NCBI GenBank assembly: GCA_044892525.1
Contig: CM097885.1
Location: forward strand, 5,892,001-5,956,000
Reading direction: 5' to 3'
From: Schmidtea polychroa
Lineage: Eukaryota
Length of the DNA: 64,000 nt
Below, piece after piece: positions 33,386-46,993 of the stretch. Numbering within the stretch: position 1 is the stretch's first letter; the number at the start of each line of letters is the position of its first letter. Made by a program: the position numbers and the translations under genes. The notes under the pieces are model-generated. The model was not told the origin of the DNA. It did not search any database and worked only from the letters and a program-made list of their open reading frames with translations.

Positions 33386-36300
33386 TCAGCCCGTCCCAGT
33401 GGATCCACTGAATCTCAGCAAAGTTTCCGTGGCAGTTAACCTCTCATCATCATCGTCATGCTCATCGTGACATTTGATTAAAATCGATTTCTTCTCGAAC
33501 CCCTTCTGAGTGCCGGAATTGCTGTCCCTTGACAATGAGATTGGTTTCTTGGCAACCACCCCGATTTGAACGTGTTCCGATTCGCTGGACTGCTTGCTAG
33601 ACACGCTGGGCGGTTCCGAGGATGGATAGAATGTGATTGGCTGGGACTGCAAATAAGACAACAATAATCAATAATCAATCAATCCAATAATCAATCAAGT
33701 AGCTTCATTTGCTGCCACTTACTTGTTTCTGTGCTTTCGGTTCTGCTGTCTCATTTGATTGGCTGGAAAACGATTTCGACACCTTGGCAACCTTTGGCAG
33801 CCGTGACTTCATCATTTCACTTTTGATTGGAACTGATCTTCTCCTGATTCGCATCGATTTGATCACCTGGCAATCAATCAGTCACGAGCAGAGGAACAAA
33901 CGGAATTTACCTTTTGCAAATTTGGCCTTTTCTTTTTGACAGTCGTTTCGTACTCGTCAAGCAAGGTCAATGGCTAATATAATCATCATCATCATCATCA
34001 TCATCAACAGCACAAAATGGAACATACCCGCTTCCGTGAGCGATCTGATTTGCGTTGGCCCAACAATTGAGGAGGTTTTGATGTGTTTGAGTTGTCAGCT
34101 GAGGGGGATAAATCAATCACAAACTGATTATTAGTTATATGCCAACGATAATAATAATTATTATTATTTTTATTGTCAATATTCAGGCATAGCAAACATG
34201 GGGACAGGATAAATTATTTGGAGTAAGAGGCGAGAGATGAAATAAATTCCATCAGCAATCAATGAGATCAATAAAAATATTATATTCAATAGAAATCAAT
34301 AAAAATATTATATTCAATAGAAATCAATAAAAATATTATATTCAATAGAAAGCAATAAAAATATTATATTCAATAGAAATCAATAAAAATATTATATTCA
34401 ATAGAAATCAATAAAAATATTATATTCAATAGAAGGCAAATATTTTATAGGGTAAGAGAGGTGAGAGATGAGGCAAATTCCATCAACAATCAATAATAAT
34501 ATTTAATAATGATAATCAATATAAATAAATGATAAAAATTCAATAATCGTAATTAACAATATTATTGATAATAATCACTAAGATAATAATAATCGACAAT
34601 AATGGATAGAAATAATCAATATAACAGGGGTGATGAAAGGAATCAAAGAGTCAAAATGCCGAACCGGATCCAAGTGATCCAGTGATCCTATGATGATGGG
34701 GTGGATATCACTAATGATTAACTCAATGGCATTCACTTACTGGCCGGTTCTGATTCTGGGACATTCGAGCAGTCAGGAGGAGAATTGACGGGCGAATGGG
34801 AAATCACTGGCGACTCACGGAGGATTTCTTCTAGTTTTGGGGGAGTTTTGGCCTTTACTGGTGGTGACGGACTAACATGCCTCGGTTTGGGCCTCGCCGC
34901 CTGTTTGATTATCGATCGCTGTTTGGTTCGCTTCAAGATCTTCCGGCTGAATTTCTCGGTGGACATAATCTCTTCGTGTCGACTGTATTTGCTGCGTAAA
35001 TCATTTGACCGCCTCAGCTGCCGAGGCCGATTGACATCGAGATTCTTTCCATGCTCTTCATCGGTTGTCGCACACGAGCAAAGTGAGCATTGCCTTAATG
35101 AGATTAGGGAGGAGATAATTTGCTGTCAATATTTTCAATGATTTTTCTATCATTTCATCAGTACAATAATCAATAATATTATTATATTCGATTTTTATAT
35201 TGAATAAAAAGTAATAATATAATATTATTCAATATTTAATATAATATTTAATAAAAATCAATAATATAATATTTAATAAAAATCAATAATATATTATTTA
35301 ATAAAAATCAATAATATTATATGGAATAAAAGTCAATAATATTATATTGAATAAAAATCAATAATAATATAGTTAATAAAAAGTAATAATATATTATTTA
35401 ATAAAAATCAATAATATAATATTTAATAAAAAATTAATAATATAATATTTAATGAAAATCAATAATATTATATTTAATAAAACTAAACAATATTATATTG
35501 AAAAAAAATCAATAATATCATATTTAATAAAAATCAATAATATCATATTCGATTAAATTCAATAATTTTCATATTGAATAAAAAGTAATATAATATATAA
35601 TAAAATTCAGTAATATAATATTTAATACAAATCAATAATATTATATTCAATAAAAATAAACAATATTATATTATATAAAAATCAATAATAATATTATATT
35701 GAATAAAAATCAATAATATCATACTTAATAAAAATCAATAATTTTATATTCAATAAAAATAAACAATATTATATTTAATAAAAATCAATAATAATATTAT
35801 ATTGAATAAAAATCAATAATAGTATATTCAATAAAAATAAACAATATTATATTATATAAAAATCAATAATAATATTATATTGAATAAAAATCAATAATTT
35901 TATATTCAATAAAAATAAACAATATTATATTATATAAAAATCAAAAATAATATTATTTTGAATAAAAATCAATAATTTTATATTCAATAAAAATAAACAA
36001 TATTATATTATATAAAAATCAATAATAATATTATATTGAATAAAAATCAATAATTTTATATTCAATAAAAATAAACAATATTATATTATATAAAAATCAA
36101 TAATAATATTATTTTGAATAAAAAGCAATAATAATATTATATTGAATAAAAATCAATAATAGTATATTTAATAAAAATAAACAATATTATATTATATAAA
36201 AATCAATAATAATATTATATTGAATAAAAATCAATAATATTATATACAATAAAAATAAACAATATTATATAAAAATCAATAATAATATTATATTCAATAA

Positions 36301-39300
36301 CATAAAATAAAAATCAACAGATGCCTAATTAACAATAAAAATCAATTACCATCCATATAGCTTCGTCTTCCTTGGCATTCGTGTGAGAGGGGGGTCAAGA
36401 CATCCTATGTGAATGAATTTATGGCAATTGTCGCAATCGATGAGCATGTGCTGATCACTGACACTCTTGCACATGTAGCACCTGAATAGATCAATGCATA
36501 ATAATAATCAATATTATAATCAATCAATACTCATTTATAACTGATTCTGGTTTTGTCTTGGTGTTTGTAGCACTTGTTTCTTTATCGGGTCCTAAAACCA
36601 GAGATTCGTTTCCATTTCCATTGCTGCTATTGGTTGGGATTTGAAACTTGTCCAAGAGATTATTGATTACCTCCATCAATTCCCGATGCTATCCAATCCT
36701 TAATTAATGCAAATTGATCCAGCGCCAGTTCTTACCTTTACTAACTGTCTAATTATATCGAATTTCAATGCGACTTGTTCCAGGCCCAACTTGAACTCTT
36801 TTTCTGTCGATTCCTTCTTGGCCACGGTCTAATAGGCAATTCGATGAATATTTAACCTTTCACTGATAATTGTCGATAATAATTATATTTATATTGATTA
36901 TATCAAATAATTAATATAATGAAAATGTTCGATTATAAAAAATCCATTTCAATCTATTTCAAAATTTAATGAATTATTTTCATTTAAAATACATTTAATT
37001 GAATAAAATACAAAATGTAAAATATCAAATTGCTGGATATTTATCTATGAATAAACTACCTTTGTCAATTTTATAATCAATAATAATAATAATAACAATA
37101 ATCAATAATGATGAAATAAAATTAATATGCATTAATAATCAATAATAGTAGAATTAATTATAAGTAAATCAATAAAATCAATCAATAATAAATAATATAA
37201 ATCAATAAAATAATCGACAACAGTAAATAAAATCCATGATAATAATCAATAATAATAAATAATATAAATCAATAAAATAATCGACAACAGTAAATAAAAT
37301 CCATGATAATAATCAATAATAATAAATAATATAAATCAATAAAATAATCGACAACAGTAAATAAAATCCATGATAATAATCAATAATAATAAATAATATA
37401 AATCAATAAAATAATCGATAACAGTAAATAAAATCCATGATAATAATCAATAATAATAAATAATATAAATCAATAAAATAATCGATAACAGTAAATAAAA
37501 TCCATGATAATAATCAATAATAATCAAAACAATGAGACCCCTAATAATTAATGTAAAGTAGACCAAGTAGACCAAGTAGACCAAAAAACCCAAAACCCAA
37601 AATAAAGTCGCCATTATTGAATACTATGCACAAACAGAAATTACCTTATTGAATTGATGGGAAGTATTCTGCTCAGATAATTGCAACTCACGGCGAAAGC
37701 TCTCCAACCGAACAATTTCCTGACTTGTTTCATCAATTTTCTTTTCCCTATCTGGACAAATGGAAATGATCATTGTCAATGTTGAAAAGAGAGAAAATTT
37801 TACCGAGGAAGTAGGTGATAAAATCTGGACCGAAAACCGGCATTCCTGAGGCTACGGTTTTCGTGTCGTTGGTTGTTTGAGAATTCAGTACGTCCTGTGG
37901 CAGTCGCAAATTTGTAGCTTTTTTCTTGAACAGAAATACGGCAATCGGATTTGTTTCCAAAAAGCAGGCGACTTTTGTTTTAGGAACTAATGATGGGTAA
38001 CAAGGTGTTTAGCGATTGTATTTAAAGGATGGCAAAATACCCACCGAAAGGCGTTGGTACCAATTCAAGAAATTTAGAATGCATTGATGAAAAGAACTGG
38101 CGCTTTCTGATCAATCTCGTGTCATTGTAATGGTTATTGTTGTGCCATTCTTCCAATCGCAGTTTCTGACGATTAACTGCAGCATTCCAATTTTTCCTAC
38201 GACGTTTTACCGTCTCTTTATCAGTATGTTGCCTGCAATTGGCAAAATACGGGTCGTCTGAATTCTAAATCAACCTTATTGAGAAATAAAGTGAATATAG
38301 GGTAATACTTCTTCATTATTCGGTTCTGATAATAATCCTTCTTTCTGTGCGCTAGACAAGATAATAAGATTCGACACAACAAAAAACGATTTACCAAAGA
38401 ACATGGAAAACGTTTTTACACAAACCCGCGTCGCAACTAATACAAATGCCGGTACGAGCGAAAAAAGGATTCGTACACAAACCGCATTCACGTGCTGACC
38501 AATCTTTCAAAGGCAGTTCAGACAAAGTTATCTAATTAAGTTGCAATTATGAGAGAGTAAGATGGAGAAGAAAATTTACTTCAGATAAATTTTCAATGTC
38601 ATTAAATGCTACACCAGGAGTGTAGAGAGCACATAATAAATGCACCCAGCGATTATTCTCGGTCCGTTTGAACACTCCACCCTCGACAGGACACAATTCA
38701 CATCTCTAGTTATCAGATTAACGTTATTATCACATTTGATGATTTAAATGACTTTAGGAGAATTATAAAATGTCCATAAATAATCATGGTCAAATTGTTA
38801 GTACAATATTTAACGATCTGCATTGTTTCACTGTGAAAATACCATATGAATACTAATATGTGCATGTAAATAACGCTATTGCCCAATTATTGATATTTAA
38901 TAAATCTAAGTATTGCAAATTAGAAATTTTACAATAACTTGTAATTTTAATCGACAACATAATATTTTCATTTTAAAAATCGGATTTTCCTATCAATTGA
39001 TTATATGCTAAAATGTTTCAAATTTTTTTTGATTTACCTAATTATTTAAATTTCTTGAGTAGATATTGAGCATGGAAAATAAAACTGTAGAGATAATTTT
39101 GGTAAATATTTCCGTTTTAAATAAATAAGTTAACGCTTTGATTTCTGTTTTCTGAAAATCGATGATAACAGCATTTCCTAAACTGTGATGGGCTAACGGG
39201 TGACAGGTGGTTCACCAAGACATTTTCAAATTCTTTAATTTAACATTTAATTGAATTTTTATCGATTGAAAAAAGAAAGTCTTGTAATAAAATTTAATTT

Positions 39301-42300
39301 TTAATTAACTACACCTAATTCTGTTTTTACACAATAAATATGTTCCTAAAAATATTTCTGTAAAAAAAGATATTGGCTGAAATAATTTAATTTTATTGTT
39401 CCACTTTTTTTTTAAACTTTTTATTCCAAGTTTTAACTTAATTGTAATAAATTCAATCCACTTGTCAAACACACAAAGCTGTCCCGAAACAGATTTTAAT
39501 GGTGACTCTCCTGGGTTCTAACAATTTTCCTACAACACAACAACAGTTTAAATATACAAATATAGTTATATAGATTTCTAAGGAACATAACCGTATACAA
39601 CTACAATATAATTGGTGCCAGATGTGGGATAATTATATTGTAGTTGCATACGGTTATGTCCCTTAGGAATCTTTATAACTATATTTGTATATTTAAACTG
39701 TGAGCGCTATATGAGCTTCACGTCCATGAAAAAAAAGCTGCAACATTAAAAAAAAACCTCGTCTATCCTCAAAAATCTCAAAAAAAATTGAGACCATTCC
39801 GTAGTTTTGCGGCCCAGTAAATTTAAAGGTCGGACATCCCTGTCTTAGAGCATTAAAAGCTTCATATCTTGTAAGTTTCAGAACAGTTCAAACTAAAAAA
39901 ACCTCATATAATTGGTGAAACATTAATATTCACAGCTGCTAAAATCGGTTTCATGTAAGCAACCAAAAAAAAATTTTTGTTGATGTTTGTACTGATGGTG
40001 GTCGGGCAATGACAGACAGACATATTGGTGTCATCACAAAGATTCAAGAAGTGGCACCTGAAGCAAAATGCACAAATTGCAGTATCCACTGTAAAGCATT
40101 ATCTACCATATTAATGCTCATTAATTTAAAAACTGTTTTAAATGGTCAATTTTATTAAATCAAGAACTCTGAACTCCCGAATGTTTACAATTTTGTGCAA
40201 TGAAATATGTAGTGAACATCGTGGTTATCAAGTGTTATCCCGACTATTTGAGTTGCGCTCAGAGGTTCAGATATAACTCAAATTGTTTTCTGAATGATTT
40301 ATGGCTATCAAAGATGGTATGATGAAGCGTTTTGATGTGGCCCGGACACAATTTTAAACATCAAATCAATAATTGTCTTTTTTAGAATTCATATTCGAAT
40401 TAAGCATGTTTTTAATTTTAAAAATTGATTCTAAGTTTACTTGAATCGTAAAAACGAGTTATATTTATTTAAATGAATTTATTGTGACCCGTGATAGTAT
40501 TTTTCCGAAAATTTGGCCCTTCGATTGATTTGGGCCGCATTTGGCTACTACTGGTTTAGATGATATTTGTGGACGCCTCAATGAATTAAATTCCAGCTAA
40601 CAGGGATCAAAGTGAATGCTATAGCAAAGAAATTAAAAATTTGGAACAAAACCGAACTGATGCATTTCTATCTCTAGAAGAGTTGTTGTCAGAGAAGAAT
40701 TTGTTATTACAGCCTGAAGTGATTTCAGATATAAAAAAACACGGCTATCAATTGATTCAGAATCTTTCTTGTGTAAAAACTAGATCAGGAACCCATTTTC
40801 GACTGAAGAAAGAGAAGAATATTTAGAACTGTCGTGTGATGGGGGACTCCAAAATGAATTCAAGAAAGAAAAGTAAAAATGTCAAAAGAAATTAATGAAG
40901 ATACTATAACTTGTAAATAGTTGTTCGGAAACTGAATTTCTATATTCAATTGAATAAGGATAAATAATATTAATTATTATTGCATTAAATATTTGATTAT
41001 CGATTGAAATTAAAAATTATTAAATATTCAAATCAATAAATTAAATTCATTTAAAATAGTTTTTGTTATTATTTACCATAGTGTAACGGATTGAAAAGAA
41101 ATCATTGTGTAAATTCGAATATTTCAACACCAATCGATAGAGAAAAGTCGATTTTCAGATAATATTGAAATAAAAATGTTATGTTGTCGATTAAAAATAA
41201 AAGTTATGGTAACATACAAAATTGTATATTTATTTTACAAAGTTCATAGCAACACGAGATTTTTATTGAGGATATCGATGGTGAGATTTTCGGGTGAAAG
41301 CAATTAGTTTAGGAAATAATTGATTATGATGTAGAGCAATGGTTCCCAAATTGGTCCCTATTGACGCCCAGGGGTGCCCGGGATTATTCAGGGTCCGCGG
41401 AAAGTGCCAATCATCAGTTGGAATCCTTGGAAAACCTCAATCACAGCCAATCAATATTAACCAATCGAAATTCGACAATTTCAATTTTAGAAAATACATA
41501 AATTTTCATTGGGAATTTATGCAAAGAAATTGACAAAATAATTAAAATATTACATCAAAAATAAAAATATTAAATTTAATTTAAAAAAAATCAAAAATGA
41601 AAATAATAAAACATAAAATCAAAAATAATTAATAATTAAAAAATTAATATATTTAAAATAATTAATAAAAAATAAATAAATAATTCAAAAATAATTCAAA
41701 AATAATTCACAAATAAAAATATAAAAAAATAAAACATAAAATCGAAAATAAAAATTAATATATGATTAAAAAAATAAATAAATAAAAAAATTCAAATAAT
41801 AATTCAAAAATAAAAATATTAAATTTAATTTTAAAAAAATCAAAAATGAAAATAATAAAACTTAAAATCAAAAATAATTAAAAATTTAAAATAATTAATA
41901 AAAAAAAATAATTAAAGAAATAATTCAAAAATAAAAATAAAAATTAATAATTAAAAAATTTAAAATAATTAATTAAAAATAAAAATTAATAAAAAATAAA
42001 AAAAATCAAATAATAATTCAAAAATAAAAATATTAAATTTAAAATAAATTAAAATAATAAAACATAAATCGACAATAAAAATTAATAAATAATTAAATAA
42101 TAATCGAAAATTAATTAAGTTAAATTAAATTTTAGCTGATGACAAAAATGAAAGTTTTAAATATTAAATAATTAAATTTACTGGATAATTAGAAATGTTG
42201 ATAAATATTAAAATATTACAAAAACTTATAAAGATAGAAATAACAGATATTAATAATAATAATTCTCACCGGATCAGAAACATTTGATAAGCATGCATCA

Positions 42301-42974
42301 CAAAACCAAGGATCAGTGCTGGAATCACTAGTATCATCGGACATGAACACGCTGTCAGATATCTTATAGCAATCTATATGCTAACTGCATCAATTCACTC
42401 GATAATCACATTTATATACCTTCATGGACAACAATTCCACATCCATCACATTCGACTAGTTCATTGTCAGAGAAACTAGAATCCAATAAACACATCATGC
42501 ATATCATCACATTTTCCAATTTAGTTTTATTAGCAATTGTCCGATATTCATTCATGTTATCTTGTATGATTTCACTTTCTTTTTCCTTCATATTTTCTTC
42601 AACTTTACTAGATATATTTGTATCAGAAGTTTCATCTGAGTTATTTTCATCTGCGTTAGAATTGTCGTTTTCTTCCTCCTCTTCACTTTCTTCAATTTGT
42701 TGGTCTACAAATAAGTCCATTAATATCAATTGGAAAACCCAATAATAAGTATTTTACCATCAGAAAAATCATCAGATCCAACAACAAAATCTTCATCCGA
42801 TCCTGATTCTATATCATCAAATAATTGAAATGCATCTTTATCTACAGGTTTAATTTGTCTTTTTGAAGGATCTCGTTTAGCTATGATTATAAATTATTTC
42901 AGATACAAATTTTGTTATTTATTACTGATTGCATTTAAATATAATTTTATTTCTTCATCTTTATTCTTAGACAT
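33386..42974 (-). CDS. PHF14: PHD finger protein 14 orthologue, multi-exon
   Basis: N-terminal RDPSKRQIKPV, acidic tract, PHD1 CMMC...ECDGCGIVVHE.CY...STDPWFCDAC, zinc knuckle/ePHD CELCPVEGGVFKRTENNRWVHLLCALYTPGVAF and ARTGICISCDAGLCK..FHV, AQKEGLLSE, coiled coil, and a further PHD CYMC...CDNCHKFIHIGCLDPPLTRMPRKTKLYGWQCSLC. Canonical GT-AG introns; stop at 33386. Confidence 0.92.
34266..34435. repeat. 28-bp minisatellite, about 6 copies, in a PHF14 intron
   Basis: Unit AATCAATAAAAATATTATATTCAATAGA, bracketed by a diverged ~39-bp direct repeat (about 34225-34263 and 34456-34494). Confidence 0.9.
35165..36310. repeat. Degenerate ~28-31-bp AT-rich minisatellite filling a PHF14 intron
   Basis: Recurring AATAAAAATCAATAATATTATATT. 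Confidence 0.9.
37185..37525. repeat. 67-bp minisatellite, about 5 copies, in a PHF14 intron
   Basis: CGA(C/T)AACAG recurs every 67 nt. Confidence 0.9.
39543..39701. repeat. Long inverted repeat: 71-bp arms, 17-nt spacer, 4 mismatches
   Basis: 39543-39613 pairs with 39631-39701. Confidence 0.95.
39940..40870 (+). mobile_element. Degenerate hAT (Buster/Charlie-type) transposase relic in a PHF14 intron
   Basis: VDVCTDGGRAMT...CTNCSIHCKAL...VNFIKSRTLNSRMF..LC.E...VLSRLFELRSEV. hAT-like termini lie nearby (about 39830-39842, 40520-40553 and 41336-41400). Confidence 0.8.
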
Positions 42975-43869
42975 TTAAAAGATTTCCCATAAAATTTAAT
43001 ATAATATGAATATTTAAACAATACAAATCCATGAATAATTACATTTGAAACGAGAAAAGCACATAAAAATTGCATTTAATTGCATTTAGAAAAAATGAAT
43101 TAGCAAAAAAAATTATTTATTAAAATCGTCTAATTCAATATGAAATATGAAAAAAAATCGTTATGCAGAAATATTCGAATATTAAAAGTTTCAGTCTTTT
43201 GCAAGAAATTTTTTCGACATTAAATTTTTTCGTATTTCGATTGTACTATTAATAATTTAAAATGAAATTTAAAATAGACAAAAAATACCATTTTTTTCAT
43301 TTCGATTGCTTTATTGATTATAAAATGTAAATTGTATTTTCAAAGTTATTTTAAAAACTAAAACATTAAAATTTCTTATAAATACAATATTGATTGAAAA
43401 GAAATCAGAGGTAAAAATTGAAAAAAAGTTCTTATAAAACATTAAAAAGTCTCAAAAAGATAAAATCATATATTTTAAAAACCCATAAAAATAAGTAATG
43501 ACAATTATTTAGTTATAATTTATTCATATTGTCAAACTATTGTGTGTTTCTATTCAAAATATATTAGCATTTTATTATTTCCTTTATTTTTAATGACGAC
43601 TAAAGATCATTTTTGCTTAGTCAACGTTCATTTTTAGAATTACTATTTTTTAGCGCCAAGATCGATATAGCCATATGTTCACAAAAAGAAACTGTAGAGG
43701 TCTCGATATTGAGAATCCCAAATTAACATTTTTTATATGAAATAATTACGGGTAGACTTACAATAAAAGATATGCTTTAATAAAATTTACCGATTTCAAA
43801 ATATACAGAATTCTTATAGGTTAATTTAAAGTATTGTGCGTGTTATTCCCTCAAATACATTAATTCTTG

Positions 43870-44090
43870 ATTCGTGAAATACGCCTATCAAATTTGTTTT
43901 AGTCAATAACTGCAACATTAAAACATATAGTTCAAAGACGTTACACTCCAGATCATCAAACATCAAACGAGACTTTAGAACGAACTTTGTTGTGGCAGAT
44001 ATGACTCACCCAATTCTTGGAGCAGATTTTCTAACAAGCCATAAATTTTTAATTGATTGTAAAAATTCTAAAATCTACTTTGCAGGAGAC
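43870..44090 (+). mobile_element. Gypsy aspartic protease C-terminal fragment
   Basis: FVVADMTHPILGADFLTSHKFLIDCKN parallels FTIAEVKQAILGADFLSNFNLLVDCKN at about 47220-47300. Confidence 0.7.
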
Positions 44091-44157
44091 ATTAGTGCCC
44101 ATGACAAAATTAATATTGTACTGGTGTCAAGTAGGTTTTTTATTTATCAGCGATTTT

Positions 44158-45997
44158 CTATGCTTCTTCGAGCGTATCTGATGCTCGACATCCCAATGTT
44201 GCTCGGATATCCACTCGTTTCATACCATCCACGAATACGGATATTATCTTGTCTTCTGGAACTGGTTGATTTGAATCGAATGCTTCTCTTGCTAGTCGTC
44301 TCAATTCACAAGCATATAACGCATTTGACTCAACATTTTTCAATTCCCTTTTTTTCGTTACCGAATGTTTTTATTAAAAAATTCTTAATCTTTTTCCATG
44401 TTTTTAATTTCGTAGCATCGCATTTCGCCTTTAAATACACATCTTGGCCGTTTCCCTTTAGATACAGCTATATTCGCTCTTGCAAGATTATGTCTGGCCA
44501 ATGACATATCGTAATATATACCTCGAATTCTTTTATAAATGTTTCTAGCTGATTTATATTTCCATCGAATGGTTCTCCTTGGAATTTCTCTCGAAAGTAT
44601 TCAATATTGACTTGGATGTTGCTTGTTTCTGGTGGGTCTGTCGCCACTGATCCATTCCAATTTCGTCTTGCATTAATTCTTGGCACAAAATTGTTATTTC
44701 CGTTATGTCTGATCTATTTTCTCCTTCGTCTACTGATTTAATATCACTTATCGTTTCTAATTCAGTTCGTTATATATCGTCACTGTTCTCAAATTTGTTT
44801 GTTAAACTATCAGATTCGAATGGTGTTTCCACTAAGGCTGTTTTCCTGGTTTTCTTGTCTCTTTGCCTCTGTTCTTGTTCTAATAAGCTGGGGTTTCCTT
44901 TACTTTTCCGTGTCGTTCGGTTGGCTATATTATCAATTTTTCTCGCTTTAACAATCTCTATTGAATTTCGCTGTTTCACTTTGATCAATTTCATTTTAAT
45001 CATTTATTCTTTTATATTTATTCCTTTGGTCCCAGATCAATCACCAACGCTTCGGTTTATCCGACCTCCACGTCGGCATTTATCTAACATCGACTTTTTT
45101 GCCGGTTTAATCAACTTATTTTAATCCTGTTTCATTTATTCTCGGCTTCCTTGTCGGTTTAATTACTCACCTTAATTCTTGAAGTCTTTTACGACTCCTA
45201 GACGCCTGAGTATTTATACCATTAAGCCATAAAATCTTTTAATTTCGAATTCTTAACTAACTGAGGTCTTACAACTGGGTCAATTCTTTGCCGCTTATTG
45301 ATAAGAGTCTTATATCGGTAACTCTAATTTCATCACCGTTTCACTGAGCTCATCGCTACTCAATGTGGTATCCGGGTTTTGTACTAATCAAGATATAAAA
45401 ATTACGGAAACTTGTTAGCATCTTTTCAACCTTAATCCCCCAAGGAATTGGTGAATCTCAATCTCACAACTAGTGAAAGGAAAAGAAAATTGGATATGCA
45501 GGTGGCTTTCAGCATTCTACCCCACAACTGGTCCAATCTTGGTTGCCTTTTGAGTACGAGCCTTTACCGGTTGACTCACAACTCACAACCGTTTCACTGT
45601 GATCCTTGATACTCGATGTGGGTAACTGAGTTTATCTCACCCGCTACCATTCCGGGTTTTGTACCAAGTCCCGCTTGCAAATCAAAAAGTGCGCCCAATA
45701 CTCAGTGTGGGTATCCAGGTTTTTGTATTGGGTGATCCAGCATCATCAGTTCCTTGGCTGATAATCTAGTGGACACTACAGTCCGGTGGTTAACCTCTGT
45801 ACTCGGGTGCCTCATCACTCGCTAGGGAAAATCAATAGGTACCTCTCTTTTCAATCTCTGACTTGAAATCCAACAACGGTTTCTTCTAATCCGCAGCTGC
45901 TCTCGGATAGCTAAATTTTAATCTTTTAGTGCACGTTTTTCAATTTTTATTTTTATTTTTTATTTTATTTACCCTTTTTATCAATCCTAGTCTCACA
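44158..45997 (-). mobile_element. Degenerate gypsy gag with upstream LTR-like segment
   Basis: Broken ORFs EPFDGNINQLETFIKEFEVY...HW...LYLKG.G..VY...TWKKIKNFLIKTF...YACELRRLAREAF...FVDG. The upstream ~1 kb begins TGTGAG on the minus strand (45997) and contains TATAAATA and internal repeats. Confidence 0.65.
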
Positions 45998-46019
45998 GAT
46001 TCAAAAAATATAATAATTG

Positions 46020-46628
46020 CGTTGGTTCATTCCCCCCCCCCCCCAACTCGACAGAAAATTCCAAATATTTGCGATGGATGGACCAGATAGATCAATCTAA
46101 TTAGGTAGATGCAATCGAATCAGCCGACGAGGAATTAAATTGGAGTAGGCTATCAAAAAATGAATAAATTGACAAATCCAATTAGGTCGGCAAGAAAAAG
46201 CCCGGAGAAACGTATCAAAAGTAATTTGATGAGATAATATAATTACGAGACGGGTATAAAAGCGACCAGAAATTAAACAGAAATGCCAGTTGGTCGAAGA
46301 CAGAAAAGTGATATTTCAATGAAAGGGAGTAAGAGTGAATTTAACTTTAGGGCTAACAAAGTCATTTTGAATGTAGCGTATCAAAAAGAGACATCTCCCG
46401 TTGGTAGATTTATCCCTGCACAAGATTCAAGTTGAAATTGAAAAGTATGCAGAGTAAAAAGTTATTTTAAGGGGAGTAAATTGAAATTGTTTCGTTAAAG
46501 TGTGTAATAAAAGAAGTGTAATAGTGATAATTTCGAAAAAATACTATTGTGTTGGGTTGTTCGATTTGCTTAATCAAAGGACACTAAGGAGTCAGTCAGT
46601 GACACTGACTTACACAACATACCCAACA
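46020..46628 (-). mobile_element. Solo LTR homologous to 7577-10147, opposite orientation
   Basis: Ends CGTTGG / CCCAACA with 4-bp direct repeat ATTG (46016-46019 and 46629-46632). Clear similarity to about 7577-7725. Confidence 0.75.
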
Positions 46629-46993
46629 ATTGTTTTTGTTCCCACTGGGATAAAACAAAATTTTGTATATTTATTTTTTTAATAAATTAAAAAAATGAAT
46701 CTTTCGGCACATTAACGAAAACAACAAACTAAAACTTATGTATATGAGTTTTTTGGTAATAGGTATCTGTGTATTTTTGTTACTGCGTTGGTTGGGTTTC
46801 ATTAGGAATCAGTAAAACGACAATAGGAAATAGATGGAGTTTTCAGAAAATAAATAAAATTATTAATAGAATTTAATTATTAGTATAAATAAAAATAAAC
46901 TATTAATATTTACTAATATTAGAAATAAAATAAAAATAATAATTAACCCTGCACCTTCGACAAAGAAGAGTCGGGAAACATATAAAGTCACCA

